Below are positions 41,552-50,505 of a stretch of DNA of 64,000 bases, piece by piece. Both the position numbers and the translations under genes were made by a program. The stretch covers positions 128,001 to 192,000 of the forward strand of contig CAXXIA010000001.1 of the NCBI GenBank assembly GCA_963666985.2. Direction: 5' to 3'. Below the pieces are notes generated by a model. It was given only the letters and a program-made list of their open reading frames with translations, did not search any database and was not told the origin of the DNA. Every line of letters begins with the position of its first letter. Position 1 is the first letter of the stretch. Source of the stretch: Spirochaetia bacterium (GTDB taxonomy: Bacteria > Spirochaetota > Spirochaetia > DSM-2461).

Positions 41552-44497
41552 TTGGATCCCATCGACATCCGCGAAACTTTCGATAAGCTGAAATTCGGCG
41601 AAGACGCGTTCCACGAACTCATGCGCTGGCGCGTTCGGCGCGTTCTGCTTGTTCTGCCTCATTATGACGCCTGGATTTTGGAACATGACGCAAAGCTCTC
41701 CGATCAAATCGTCGGCGAATATCATCAGCTGAACCTGACGACGGTTCCCCGTCTTACAACCGTGGCCGACGGGGAAGAAGCGCTGTCTCTTCTCGCGGAA
41801 CAAGAATTTGAGCTTTTGATAATCGGCAAGCGCGTCGGCGATTTGACTCCGGGTGAACTTGCCGCCCGCGCGAAACAGCTTCGATCCGACATGGCCGTTT
41901 TGATGCTTTTTCCTTCGCGAAGCGATTTGGCGACGGATGAAAGCACCGATGAAGAGGAAAGCGCCATTGACGCCCGATTTTTGTGGAGCGGCGATTCGCG
42001 TCTGTTTCTGGCGATGATTAAGTATGTCGAGGATGTGCGCAATGCCCCCGCGGATGCCGGTGACGGCAGAGTGGGGGTGCTGCTGGTTGTGGAAGATTCG
42101 ATCGCCTTTTATTCCGCCTATCTTCCGCTTCTGTATATCGAGGTAATGGTCCAAACGCAACGACTCATTGCCGAAGAGATGAACGACAGCGATAAATTCT
42201 GGCGGATGCGGACCCGGCCGAAAGTTCTTCTGGCCAGAAATTGGGAAGAAGCCCTTACTCTGGGCGAAACATACCGTAAAGCCCTTATCGGCATAATTTC
42301 GGACATCGGATTTTCCAAGGCCGGAAAGATGAACGGCAGGGCCGGTTTCGACCTTGTGGAAAGGTTCCGCGCGGATAAAATCTGGATTCCCGTACTCTTT
42401 CAGTCCTCGGACGACAATGTTGCCGAAGAGGCTTCGACATGGAAGGCGCGATTCCAAGGAAAGCTTTCGGGCGATCTCCTCCGCGGTATCCGGCGTTTTC
42501 TGCTGGAAGATTTGGGTTTCGGGGATTTTGTTTTTCGGAACCCCGACGGGCAAGAAGTCCGCCGGGTCCGAACGCTTCGGGAATTTGAACTGGCCCTTGC
42601 CGAGCTGCCGACCGAGAGCATTCTTTACCATGCCGACAGGGATGATTATTCCAGGTGGCTGAACGCTCACGGCGAGTATCAGGTGGCAAGGCGGATTAAG
42701 CCGGTACGCTCCGCGGATTTCAGTACGTCCGAAGAACATCGTGCTTTTCTTGTCCGTTCGTTCCGGGAAATTCGGGAATCGCGGCATCGGGGACGTCTTG
42801 TCGAATATCGGCCCGACGATCCCGGTGCTCCGGGTTCCATCGCACGATACGGCAGCGGTTCTCTCGGCGGGAAAGGCCGCGGGCTGGCGTTTTTTAATGC
42901 CGTTTTGTCCGCCGTCCCTTGGGGGGATCGTTTTGAACCTCTGAAAGTGACTATTCCCAGAACACTGATCATCGCTACCGGAGAATTTGATAAGTTTCTG
43001 GAGATTCATAACTTTTCTACCGAGACGCTTACTGATGATGAAGCGCTTCATCGGGGCTTTCTGGATGCTTCCTTTTCGCAGGAATTAACCGAAGTTCTGC
43101 GATCCTTTATTTCGCAGGGAAACGGACCTCTCGCCGTTCGCTCATCGGCCCTCCTTGAAGATTCGCAGTCCATTCCCCTGGCCGGTGTGTACGACACGTA
43201 CATGATACCGGATTGCGAGGATTCCGAATCAAAGCTTCGTTCGGTGAGCGATGCGGTTAAACTGGTTTGGGCCAGTACGTTCTCCCGGGAAGCCGCTTTG
43301 TATCGGGAGGCCATGGGCGTGGGGCGGGAAGAAGAGAAAATGGCCGTTGTGATTCAGGACGCGGCCGGAGCACGGCATGAAAACTGGTGGTTCCCCAGAC
43401 TTTCGGGAACGGCCCAATCGCTGAATTATTATCCTGTGGGCCCCATGGAGAGAGAGGACGGCGCGGCGCGGATTGCCATCGGAATGGGACGTTCGGTTGT
43501 GGAGGGAAACAGAGGGTTTCTTTTCTGTCCTTCGCATCCCTCGGTTCCATGGGGAACGGAGGAAGACCGATGGAGAGAAGGGCAGACACATTTCTGGGCT
43601 ATTCAAAGGAATCTTAATCGCTCTGATCCGCGTCTTTCTTCGGGCGAAGGCAGCAACCTCGTCAGTCTGACGGTTAAGGATGCCGAGAACATGGGTGTTT
43701 TGAGACATATGGCTTCCACCTGGGATCCGGTGGATCACAAGCTTGTCGACGGCATCGACACGGCGGGGCCGCGGGTTATTGATTTTCGCGATTTACTCGA
43801 ATACGAGTGGCTGCCGCTGGCTCAGCTTCTGAAAGTTCTTCTGAAGCTTTCCCGAAGCGCGCTCGGGAGTCCGGTGGAACTGGAATTCGCGTTGGATTGG
43901 CAGGGTGATTATTCCGATGATGCGGTTTTCTCGCTTCTTCAAGTCAGGCCGCTAATTTCTCAGTCCGGTACGTTTTTTTCGGTTCCCGAAAAGCCTGCGG
44001 ATGAGGATTTGCTTTTGTATTCCGAAACGGCTTTGGGGCATGGAATCCTGGAGGGCATCAGGGATGTGGTTTGGGTTGATCCCGATTTATACGATGCGGG
44101 GAAAACCGAATCCTATAGGGACGAAGTGGCGGCCGTTATGGACGAATTGGCTCAAGCCGACAGACCCGCGATTTTAATCGGTCCCGGACGATGGGGAAGC
44201 CGCGACCGGTTTCTCGGTATCCCGGTCAGCTGGGCCCAGGTGCGGCAGGCGCGGCTTATCGTGGAAGTCGATCGCGGTTCGGGAGATCCCGAGCCGTCTC
44301 AAGGGTCTCATTTTTTTCATAATTTGGTTGCTCTCGGTGTCGGATATGCCCATGTGTCCCGTTCACGAGGTTTTATCGATTGGATTTCATTAAGAAAAAA
44401 AGATGGGAACGATACCCCCGTATGTCATTCTGTTCTGAAAAATCCCGTTACGATTGTTATGGATGGCAAAAAAGGGAGAATATGGATTGAAAAATGA
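41552..44497 (+). CDS. Receiver-domain / PPDK-PPS-type ATP-grasp protein with putative His-swivel domain
   Basis: LLVVEDS...IISD receiver; GSLGGKGRGL, LAVRSSALLEDS, LAGVY, ELEFAL, LLQVRP; C-terminal SQGSHFF. Confidence 0.85.
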   Translation: MDPIDIRETFDKLKFGEDAFHELMRWRVRRVLLVLPHYDAWILEHDAKLSDQIVGEYHQLNLTTVPRLTTVADGEEALSLLAEQEFELLIIGKRVGDLTPGELAARAKQLRSDMAVLMLFPSRSDLATDESTDEEESAIDARFLWSGDSRLFLAMIKYVEDVRNAPADAGDGRVGVLLVVEDSIAFYSAYLPLLYIEVMVQTQRLIAEEMNDSDKFWRMRTRPKVLLARNWEEALTLGETYRKALIGIISDIGFSKAGKMNGRAGFDLVERFRADKIWIPVLFQSSDDNVAEEASTWKARFQGKLSGDLLRGIRRFLLEDLGFGDFVFRNPDGQEVRRVRTLREFELALAELPTESILYHADRDDYSRWLNAHGEYQVARRIKPVRSADFSTSEEHRAFLVRSFREIRESRHRGRLVEYRPDDPGAPGSIARYGSGSLGGKGRGLAFFNAVLSAVPWGDRFEPLKVTIPRTLIIATGEFDKFLEIHNFSTETLTDDEALHRGFLDASFSQELTEVLRSFISQGNGPLAVRSSALLEDSQSIPLAGVYDTYMIPDCEDSESKLRSVSDAVKLVWASTFSREAALYREAMGVGREEEKMAVVIQDAAGARHENWWFPRLSGTAQSLNYYPVGPMEREDGAARIAIGMGRSVVEGNRGFLFCPSHPSVPWGTEEDRWREGQTHFWAIQRNLNRSDPRLSSGEGSNLVSLTVKDAENMGVLRHMASTWDPVDHKLVDGIDTAGPRVIDFRDLLEYEWLPLAQLLKVLLKLSRSALGSPVELEFALDWQGDYSDDAVFSLLQVRPLISQSGTFFSVPEKPADEDLLLYSETALGHGILEGIRDVVWVDPDLYDAGKTESYRDEVAAVMDELAQADRPAILIGPGRWGSRDRFLGIPVSWAQVRQARLIVEVDRGSGDPEPSQGSHFFHNLVALGVGYAHVSRSRGFIDWISLRKKDGNDTPVCHSVLKNPVTIVMDGKKGRIWIEK

Positions 44498-44550
44498 TAA
44501 TAACGTCAATATAATTGTTATATAATGATGAAAACGTAAAAATAATAAAA

Positions 44551-44580
44551 TTGACAATTGTGTCGGTTTTAGACTAGCTT
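44551..44580 (+). promoter_or_regulatory. Candidate gdhA promoter in AT-rich spacer
   Basis: TTGACA-N18-TAGCTT with A/T-rich upstream element. Confidence 0.45.
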
Positions 44581-44609
44581 ATGTTCATCTGTATAACGGA
44601 GGTAAGCGG

Positions 44610-45953
44610 ATGCGTGGGTACGTCAAAGAAGTCTATGACAAACTTTCGGGAAAATATCCTTGGGAGCATGAGTTTTTACAGGCGGCGCTGGAGGTTCTCG
44701 AATCGCTTGAATCTCTGATGGACAGGGAGCCGAGGTATAAAAAACATCGGATTCTTGAGCGTCTCGTGGAGCCTGAAAGAGTCATTCTTTTTCGCGTTCC
44801 CTGGACGGACGACAGGGGCGATATCCAGGTCAACAACGGCTACCGTGTTGAATACAACAGCGCCTTGGGTCCCTACAAGGGAGGTCTTCGTTTTCATCCG
44901 TCGGTGACTCTGGGAATCCTGAAGTTCCTCGGCTTTGAACAGATTTTTAAAAACAGTCTGACCGGACTGCCGATGGGGGGCGGAAAAGGCGGCAGCGATT
45001 TCGACCCTAAGGGAAAAAGCGATGGTGAGGTCATGCGGTTCTGCCAGGCCTTCATGGACGAGCTTTTCCGCCATATCGGCCCGAATACCGATGTGCCGGC
45101 CGGCGACATCGGTGTGGGCGGGCGTGAAATCGGTTTCCTTTTCGGACGCTATAAAAAACTTCGCAACGCCTTTGAAGGCGTGCTTACCGGTAAGGGCCGC
45201 AACTGGGGCGGCAGTCTTATTCGTCCCGAGGCGACCGGTTACGGTGCGGTTTATTTCGCTCAGGCCATGCTTTCCACGCGGAATGATGCCTTCGAAGGGA
45301 AGAAGGTCCTGATTTCCGGATCGGGAAATGTGGCGCAGTTCGCCGCGGAGAAGGTTCTCGATTTGGGCGGTATTCCCATTTCTTTCTCGGATTCTTCGGG
45401 CTCCGTGATTGATCCGGACGGCATTACCCGGGAAAAACTGGCCTGGATGATGGAGCTGAAAAATCAGAGGCGGGGCAGAATCAAGGAATACGCCGATGAA
45501 TTCAAAGTTTCTTATTACGAAGGCAAGCGTCCCTGGATGCTGACCGAGGCGGCGGTGGCTCTGCCCTGCGCCACTCAGAATGAAATCAACAAGGCCGAAG
45601 CCGAATCTCTGGTTAAGAACGGATGTCTGTGTGTTTCCGAGGGCGCCAACATGCCCACCGAACCCGATGCCGTCGAAGTCTTTCAGGGCGCGAAAGTTCT
45701 CTACGCTCCGGGAAAAGCGGCCAATGCCGGAGGCGTCGCGGTTTCCGGACTGGAAATGTCTCAGAACAGCATGCGTCTTTCCTGGACGCGCGAAGAAGTG
45801 GATTCCCGCCTGAACGGAATCATGAATCAAATCCATTCAAGCTGTGTGGAAGCGGCCGGAGATTTGGGCATGGAAGGGAATTATGTCATCGGCGCGAATG
45901 TCGCCGGTTTCCGCAAGGTGGCCGATGCGATGATCGATCAAGGCGTTGTGTAA
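44610..45953 (+). CDS. gdhA: Glutamate dehydrogenase, NADP-type GdhA family
   Basis: GPYKGGLRFH, MGGGKGGSDF, VPAGDIGVG, GSGNVA, GKAANAGGVA. Confidence 0.97.
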   Translation: MRGYVKEVYDKLSGKYPWEHEFLQAALEVLESLESLMDREPRYKKHRILERLVEPERVILFRVPWTDDRGDIQVNNGYRVEYNSALGPYKGGLRFHPSVTLGILKFLGFEQIFKNSLTGLPMGGGKGGSDFDPKGKSDGEVMRFCQAFMDELFRHIGPNTDVPAGDIGVGGREIGFLFGRYKKLRNAFEGVLTGKGRNWGGSLIRPEATGYGAVYFAQAMLSTRNDAFEGKKVLISGSGNVAQFAAEKVLDLGGIPISFSDSSGSVIDPDGITREKLAWMMELKNQRRGRIKEYADEFKVSYYEGKRPWMLTEAAVALPCATQNEINKAEAESLVKNGCLCVSEGANMPTEPDAVEVFQGAKVLYAPGKAANAGGVAVSGLEMSQNSMRLSWTREEVDSRLNGIMNQIHSSCVEAAGDLGMEGNYVIGANVAGFRKVADAMIDQGVV

Positions 45954-46019
45954 GTAAGGTCATCCGACTCTATCGGTTCTTTCGGAGCATGCTCCGGGAG
46001 AATTTTTATTACCGTATTG

Positions 46020-46057
46020 AAAAGGGGCTGTCTCATTAGTTTGAGACAGCCCCTTTT
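46020..46057. terminator. Bidirectional terminator-like hairpin at IS end
   Basis: AAAAGGGGCTGTCTCA-N6-TGAGACAGCCCCTTTT. Confidence 0.75.
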
Positions 46058-47746
46058 AAAATTTGGTTGACCTCCGAAGACGGGAGGTTCCCTCCCATCC
46101 CCTTATCGTTTCTGTAGCTTCCTCATGTTATGAGCCATACTCAACAGTCCCCATTCAGTACTGACCATCTTCAATCCCCTGGTTCGGAATCTCCGAAATC
46201 CCATATTCGTCTTGATATCTCCGAATACAGATTCGACTTCAATCGGCCTGAGAGAGCGCATTCTCAGTCCTTCCTCTGAAGTCAGCAACTTGCGCACTTC
46301 AGACTTATGCCGTTCCAGGTTTGGACGAACCGTCAGGATGCGCTCTTTGCCTCCGTATTTGCAGCACCGGATTCGGAGAGAACACCTTTGGCATCCAGGG
46401 CCTGTATACCTTTTTTCAGTGGTCGGAAATCCTGAACCTGTTTTCGAGATTCTGGTCTCCTCGTGTTTGAATCGGCGACCCTTGGGGCACCGGTATGTAT
46501 CATCAGAGGCACGATAGTCCCAGTTCTCTTTCATATGAATCTGCTTCTTGAACTTCCGTTTCCGCTCCCTGTGGAAGTAGCTGAACTTGATGTACTTCTC
46601 GACACCATGATCCTCACACCACTGGTAGTTCTCTTCACTACCATATCCTGAATCAGCAATGATTCTTTTCGGATAGCGTTTCAGATTCTTTTTCAGTTTC
46701 TCCATATGTAGCGGCAATGTCAGGGAGTCACCGGGACTCTGGTGGATGCTATATCCGAGGATGAACTGGTTCTCAGTACCCATTTGGATGTTGTACCCGG
46801 GCTTGAGCTGACCATTTTTCATATAGTCTTCTTTCATCCGCATGAAAGTCGCATCATAGTCTGTTTTCGAGTAACTATTTCGGTCGCCGAGGATTCTCTT
46901 CTGCTGCTCATACTTTTTGGCACGAGGGAGATAGTCCTTGCTAGCGGTATTCAATCTCCGTTGAATCTCCTTCTTTTCTCGCTCCTCCCGATCCTTGCGC
47001 AGCTCTTCATTGAGCTTGGATACCGCATCTTCGAGAATCTCCGACATCGGCCTGCCTTGAGGATCCACATGGGGAAGGTCATGGTCGCCGTACTTCTCAT
47101 CCTCTTCTTCATTGATGCGGTCGATGTATTCGAAAAGCTCATCCATATTGCCGGCCAGGCGCTTCTGGAACTTGTCTGTCGCCCGGCCCCATACCCATGT
47201 GTATTTGTTAGCTGCTGATTCGATTTTTGTGCCGTCGAGAAAGTAGTTCTCCATCTGGACATGTCCGCTCTCGATGAGGCTGTTGGCCATTGAGGCAAAG
47301 ATTTTCTCGATGCTCTTCTTCAATGGACCGTTACGAAATCTGTTTATCGTGTGGAAATCAGGACGGTTATTACCACTGATCCACATGAAGCATATCTGCT
47401 CACGAAGAGCGTCTGCGATTTGACGACAGGAATACAGCTGTTTCGAGTAGGCCAACACCAGAACCTTCAGCATCATCACCGGGTGGTAGCTGCTGGCACC
47501 GCCTCCCGGATAGGCGTTGAAGAGCTCACTGGTATCCATCGTGTCGATGAAGTTGTTGATTGTGCGGGATATATGGTTTGCGGGAAGCAGTTCATCGAGA
47601 CTTGGAGGCAGGAGCATCTGTTGGCTGATTTCGTAATCTTTGAATGTAGCCTTCTTTTTAGTGTCCATGAAGAATTCTACCACCCTTGAATTCAGAAGGG
47701 AATTCTTCCAGACATGAAAAAGGGCCGCCTCTTATGAGACAGCCCC
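46024..47746 (-). mobile_element. IS1182-family insertion sequence
   Basis: Terminal inverted repeats GGGGCTGTCTCAT / ATGAGACAGCCCC, extended by GAAAA/TTTTC flanks; intact transposase. Confidence 0.88.
46103..47668 (-). CDS. IS1182-family DDE transposase
   Basis: YHPVMMLK, PDFHTINRFR, DGTKIES, SKTDYDATFMRMKED, ADSGY, VESVFGDIK. Confidence 0.95.
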   Translation of the reverse strand: MDTKKKATFKDYEISQQMLLPPSLDELLPANHISRTINNFIDTMDTSELFNAYPGGGASSYHPVMMLKVLVLAYSKQLYSCRQIADALREQICFMWISGNNRPDFHTINRFRNGPLKKSIEKIFASMANSLIESGHVQMENYFLDGTKIESAANKYTWVWGRATDKFQKRLAGNMDELFEYIDRINEEEDEKYGDHDLPHVDPQGRPMSEILEDAVSKLNEELRKDREEREKKEIQRRLNTASKDYLPRAKKYEQQKRILGDRNSYSKTDYDATFMRMKEDYMKNGQLKPGYNIQMGTENQFILGYSIHQSPGDSLTLPLHMEKLKKNLKRYPKRIIADSGYGSEENYQWCEDHGVEKYIKFSYFHRERKRKFKKQIHMKENWDYRASDDTYRCPKGRRFKHEETRISKTGSGFPTTEKRYTGPGCQRCSLRIRCCKYGGKERILTVRPNLERHKSEVRKLLTSEEGLRMRSLRPIEVESVFGDIKTNMGFRRFRTRGLKMVSTEWGLLSMAHNMRKLQKR

Positions 47747-47768
47747 TTTTCGTCGTATACTGAGGTTC

Positions 47769-49910
47769 ATGCCGAGATTGCCCGCTTCCGTGGGAAAATA
47801 CAAAATCATCGACCGACTCGGAAACGGCGGAATGAGCGTGATTTACAAAGCGGAACATCCCACTTTGGGAACGTCCGTGGTAATCAAGAAGCTCACGCTG
47901 AAAGGCGACGAGGCGCATAGGGAACGCTTCCGGCGAGAAGCGACGCTGATGATGAAGCTCCGCCACGAGAACGTTGTCGGGGTTTATGATCATTTCAAGG
48001 AAGGCGGCGGTCATTACCTCGTGATGGAATTCGTCGATGGCCGGCCGCTGTCGGAATTGCTGGCGAGGGAGGGGGCTTTGCCTCCGAAAGATGCGGCTTG
48101 GCTTATCGGGCGCATCGCTCTCGCCCTGGCTCATATCCATGCGCACGGTGTTGTCCATAGAGACTTAAAGCCTTCGAATGTGCTTTTGGGCCGAGACGGT
48201 TCGGTAAAGCTCGCCGATTTCGGCATCGCCTTTGTTCCGGGCGGAGACGAAGATATCACCGCCGAGGGAACCGCCCTTGGGACGCCGACGTTTATGGCTC
48301 CCGAGCAGCTTGAAGATGCCCGGAGCGCCGATGAGCGCTCCGATATCTGGTCTCTGGGCGTGTGTTTTTTTGAATTGATCACCGGACGGAAATTCGTTAC
48401 CGGACCTACGCCGGCCGCAATCGGAAAATCACTTCCGGATGCAGTCAGAAAGATGCCGGGGCGTCTGCCGCCCAATCTTCCTTTTCGCTACCGAAGCCTT
48501 TTAAAGCGGAGTCTTAAGCTGCGCCCGCAGTCGCGCCTTTCATCCGGCAGTGCCGCGGTGCGGCTTTTAGGAGCGGACGCGAAGGCTGCAGCACCTCCGC
48601 CTGTTTCTTTGAAGCATCGGCTGGATGAGTTTTTAGGATCATTCTCACCCGATGCCGAACCCACGCCGGATCTTTTCCGGTCCGATTTTTCGGATAACGA
48701 GGGAAAAGAGCCGGATCGTGACGCATCGGACATGGATTCGAAAGGGCGCAACAGTTCTTTTCTGGACGGCATCCGATTTCTGTTTTCACCGCAAAAAGAC
48801 GTCTGTGGCGATAAAAATCCGCCGGTAGGCGGCTCCGAAGAGCGGAACATCAAAGAAAAAGAACCGAAGCGGCCGGGTGGCAGCCGCCGGGGCGGCGTAT
48901 CGGATGGAGAACCCGAAGACGGTGAAGATCCGAAACGGATCTCTAACGGCGGATTTTCCGCTTTTTTCCGGAATCGTCCGATAAGAGCCGCAATCCTCGG
49001 GTTTGTTTTAGTGATTATTGCACTATTTATATTTATTCCCGGATTTTGGAATGCCCTGTTTCGAAGCGAAACCTACGGCGCCTGCCGGCTGGTTCTTTTG
49101 TATCCTGAAAACGCTCCGGAATATTGGCTTGACGGCGCGGTCGCCGGGATTTACAGGGAAGAGGGCGGAGCGCTGGAGAAAGTCCTCTCTCCCAGGCTGA
49201 AGCCGTCTCGGGATTCGGAATCCCTGGTCAGTCGGCCCGTTTCGCTGCCGGCAGGCGCCTACAGAGTCCGCTGGAGTCTTGGAGACAAAGTTTCCTGGAG
49301 ATCTTTCAGACTGCCGCCTTATAAAGAAGCGCGCGCCGCGGGGTTCGGAGTTCTCACTCTGGAAGAAGAGCTTGGAGATCCTCCTGAGTTTTCTCTTATT
49401 CTCAAGTGGGGAGTCCGCGATGCCTTAAGCGGCATCGATTTGAAGAATATTGCGTCAATCGACTGGGAAGCTTTGGACGAGGACAACGGAGAATTCAGCT
49501 CGGGCGGACGGTATCGGATTGTCATTGGTGCTCCGGGATACAGATCGGCCGAATTCAATATCGCGGTCAGTCCTTGGCGGCGCGAGGTTAATCTGGTTGC
49601 CGATCTTTGGCCGGAAGGTGCCCGCATTATCGTTCGCAACCGTTCCGAGCGGTCCGTAATGCCGAGGCTGAACGGTTCGGGGCATTATGTCTCCATGGGG
49701 GAATCTCCCGAACTGAAGCGCATCGGCCGATTAGCGGCCGCGAGCGAGATGGTTCTTAACGTTGCGCCCGGAGATTACATCATGGCGCCGGGACTCGGCC
49801 GGGAGGGCTCGATTCGGATCGGGCTGGAATCCGGAGCAACCGTTATTATTGATGTTGTCGGAGATACACAGAGAGGTGAACGCGGAACCGCCATGAGGAT
49901 GGAAGAATAA
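47769..49910 (+). CDS. Hanks-type Ser/Thr kinase with TM and extracytoplasmic beta-rich region
   Basis: LGNGGMS, VVIKKL, HRDLKPSN, DFG, MAPEQ, DIWSLG; TM near aa 410-425. Confidence 0.95.
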   Translation: MPRLPASVGKYKIIDRLGNGGMSVIYKAEHPTLGTSVVIKKLTLKGDEAHRERFRREATLMMKLRHENVVGVYDHFKEGGGHYLVMEFVDGRPLSELLAREGALPPKDAAWLIGRIALALAHIHAHGVVHRDLKPSNVLLGRDGSVKLADFGIAFVPGGDEDITAEGTALGTPTFMAPEQLEDARSADERSDIWSLGVCFFELITGRKFVTGPTPAAIGKSLPDAVRKMPGRLPPNLPFRYRSLLKRSLKLRPQSRLSSGSAAVRLLGADAKAAAPPPVSLKHRLDEFLGSFSPDAEPTPDLFRSDFSDNEGKEPDRDASDMDSKGRNSSFLDGIRFLFSPQKDVCGDKNPPVGGSEERNIKEKEPKRPGGSRRGGVSDGEPEDGEDPKRISNGGFSAFFRNRPIRAAILGFVLVIIALFIFIPGFWNALFRSETYGACRLVLLYPENAPEYWLDGAVAGIYREEGGALEKVLSPRLKPSRDSESLVSRPVSLPAGAYRVRWSLGDKVSWRSFRLPPYKEARAAGFGVLTLEEELGDPPEFSLILKWGVRDALSGIDLKNIASIDWEALDEDNGEFSSGGRYRIVIGAPGYRSAEFNIAVSPWRREVNLVADLWPEGARIIVRNRSERSVMPRLNGSGHYVSMGESPELKRIGRLAAASEMVLNVAPGDYIMAPGLGREGSIRIGLESGATVIIDVVGDTQRGERGTAMRMEE

Positions 49911-49925
49911 GGTTCACCGATTCGT

Positions 49926-50381
49926 TTATTCTCGGATTTTGCTGTCCAAAAGGATGGTGAATGGTCCGTCGTTTATCAGCGACACCTTCATGGCGGCGCC
50001 GAATTCTCCGGTTGGGATTGTTTTTTTCAAGATCGATTCCAGCTCGCTTACGAAAAATTCATAGAGCGGAACGGCCTGCTCGGGAGGCGCCGCCGGATCG
50101 AAAGAAGGCCGGTTTCCTTTTCGTGTGCCGGCATACAGGGTAAACTGACTTACGACAAGAACCTCTCCGCCGATGTCTCGGAGCGATTCGTTCGTTTTTC
50201 CCTGCGCATCTTCGAAAATCCTCATGGAAGAGATTTTTCGAACCAGCCAAGCGGCATCATCGGGATTGTCGTTCCGGCCAACACCTAAGAGAATCATCAT
50301 TCCCTTACCGATAGCGCGGACCTCCGCAGTTTCTTCTATGGTTACCGAGGCTTCCGTTACGCGCTGGATGACGGCTCTCAT
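49926..50381 (-). CDS. dtd: D-aminoacyl-tRNA deacylase
   Basis: MRAVIQRV, SQFTL, NDGPFT. Confidence 0.97.
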   Translation of the reverse strand: MRAVIQRVTEASVTIEETAEVRAIGKGMMILLGVGRNDNPDDAAWLVRKISSMRIFEDAQGKTNESLRDIGGEVLVVSQFTLYAGTRKGNRPSFDPAAPPEQAVPLYEFFVSELESILKKTIPTGEFGAAMKVSLINDGPFTILLDSKIRE

Positions 50382-50505
50382 GGAGATTCCCCTTTTCCGT
50401 GATCTTCCCGATTTCTCAACATTCCAATGAAGTTAACTTTATCCGGAAGTACCGCCGACGGCCATCCGTTTTCCTTTGGACACGATCGGGTTTATCATAC
50501 ACATC

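Noticed and set aside
41522..43051. 509-aa antisense ORF, and similar long antisense ORFs over tuf (1956-3125), dnaK (38012-39055) and gdhA (44676-45836)
   Set aside because: They mirror well-supported sense genes and show no recognisable motifs; a common codon-bias by-product
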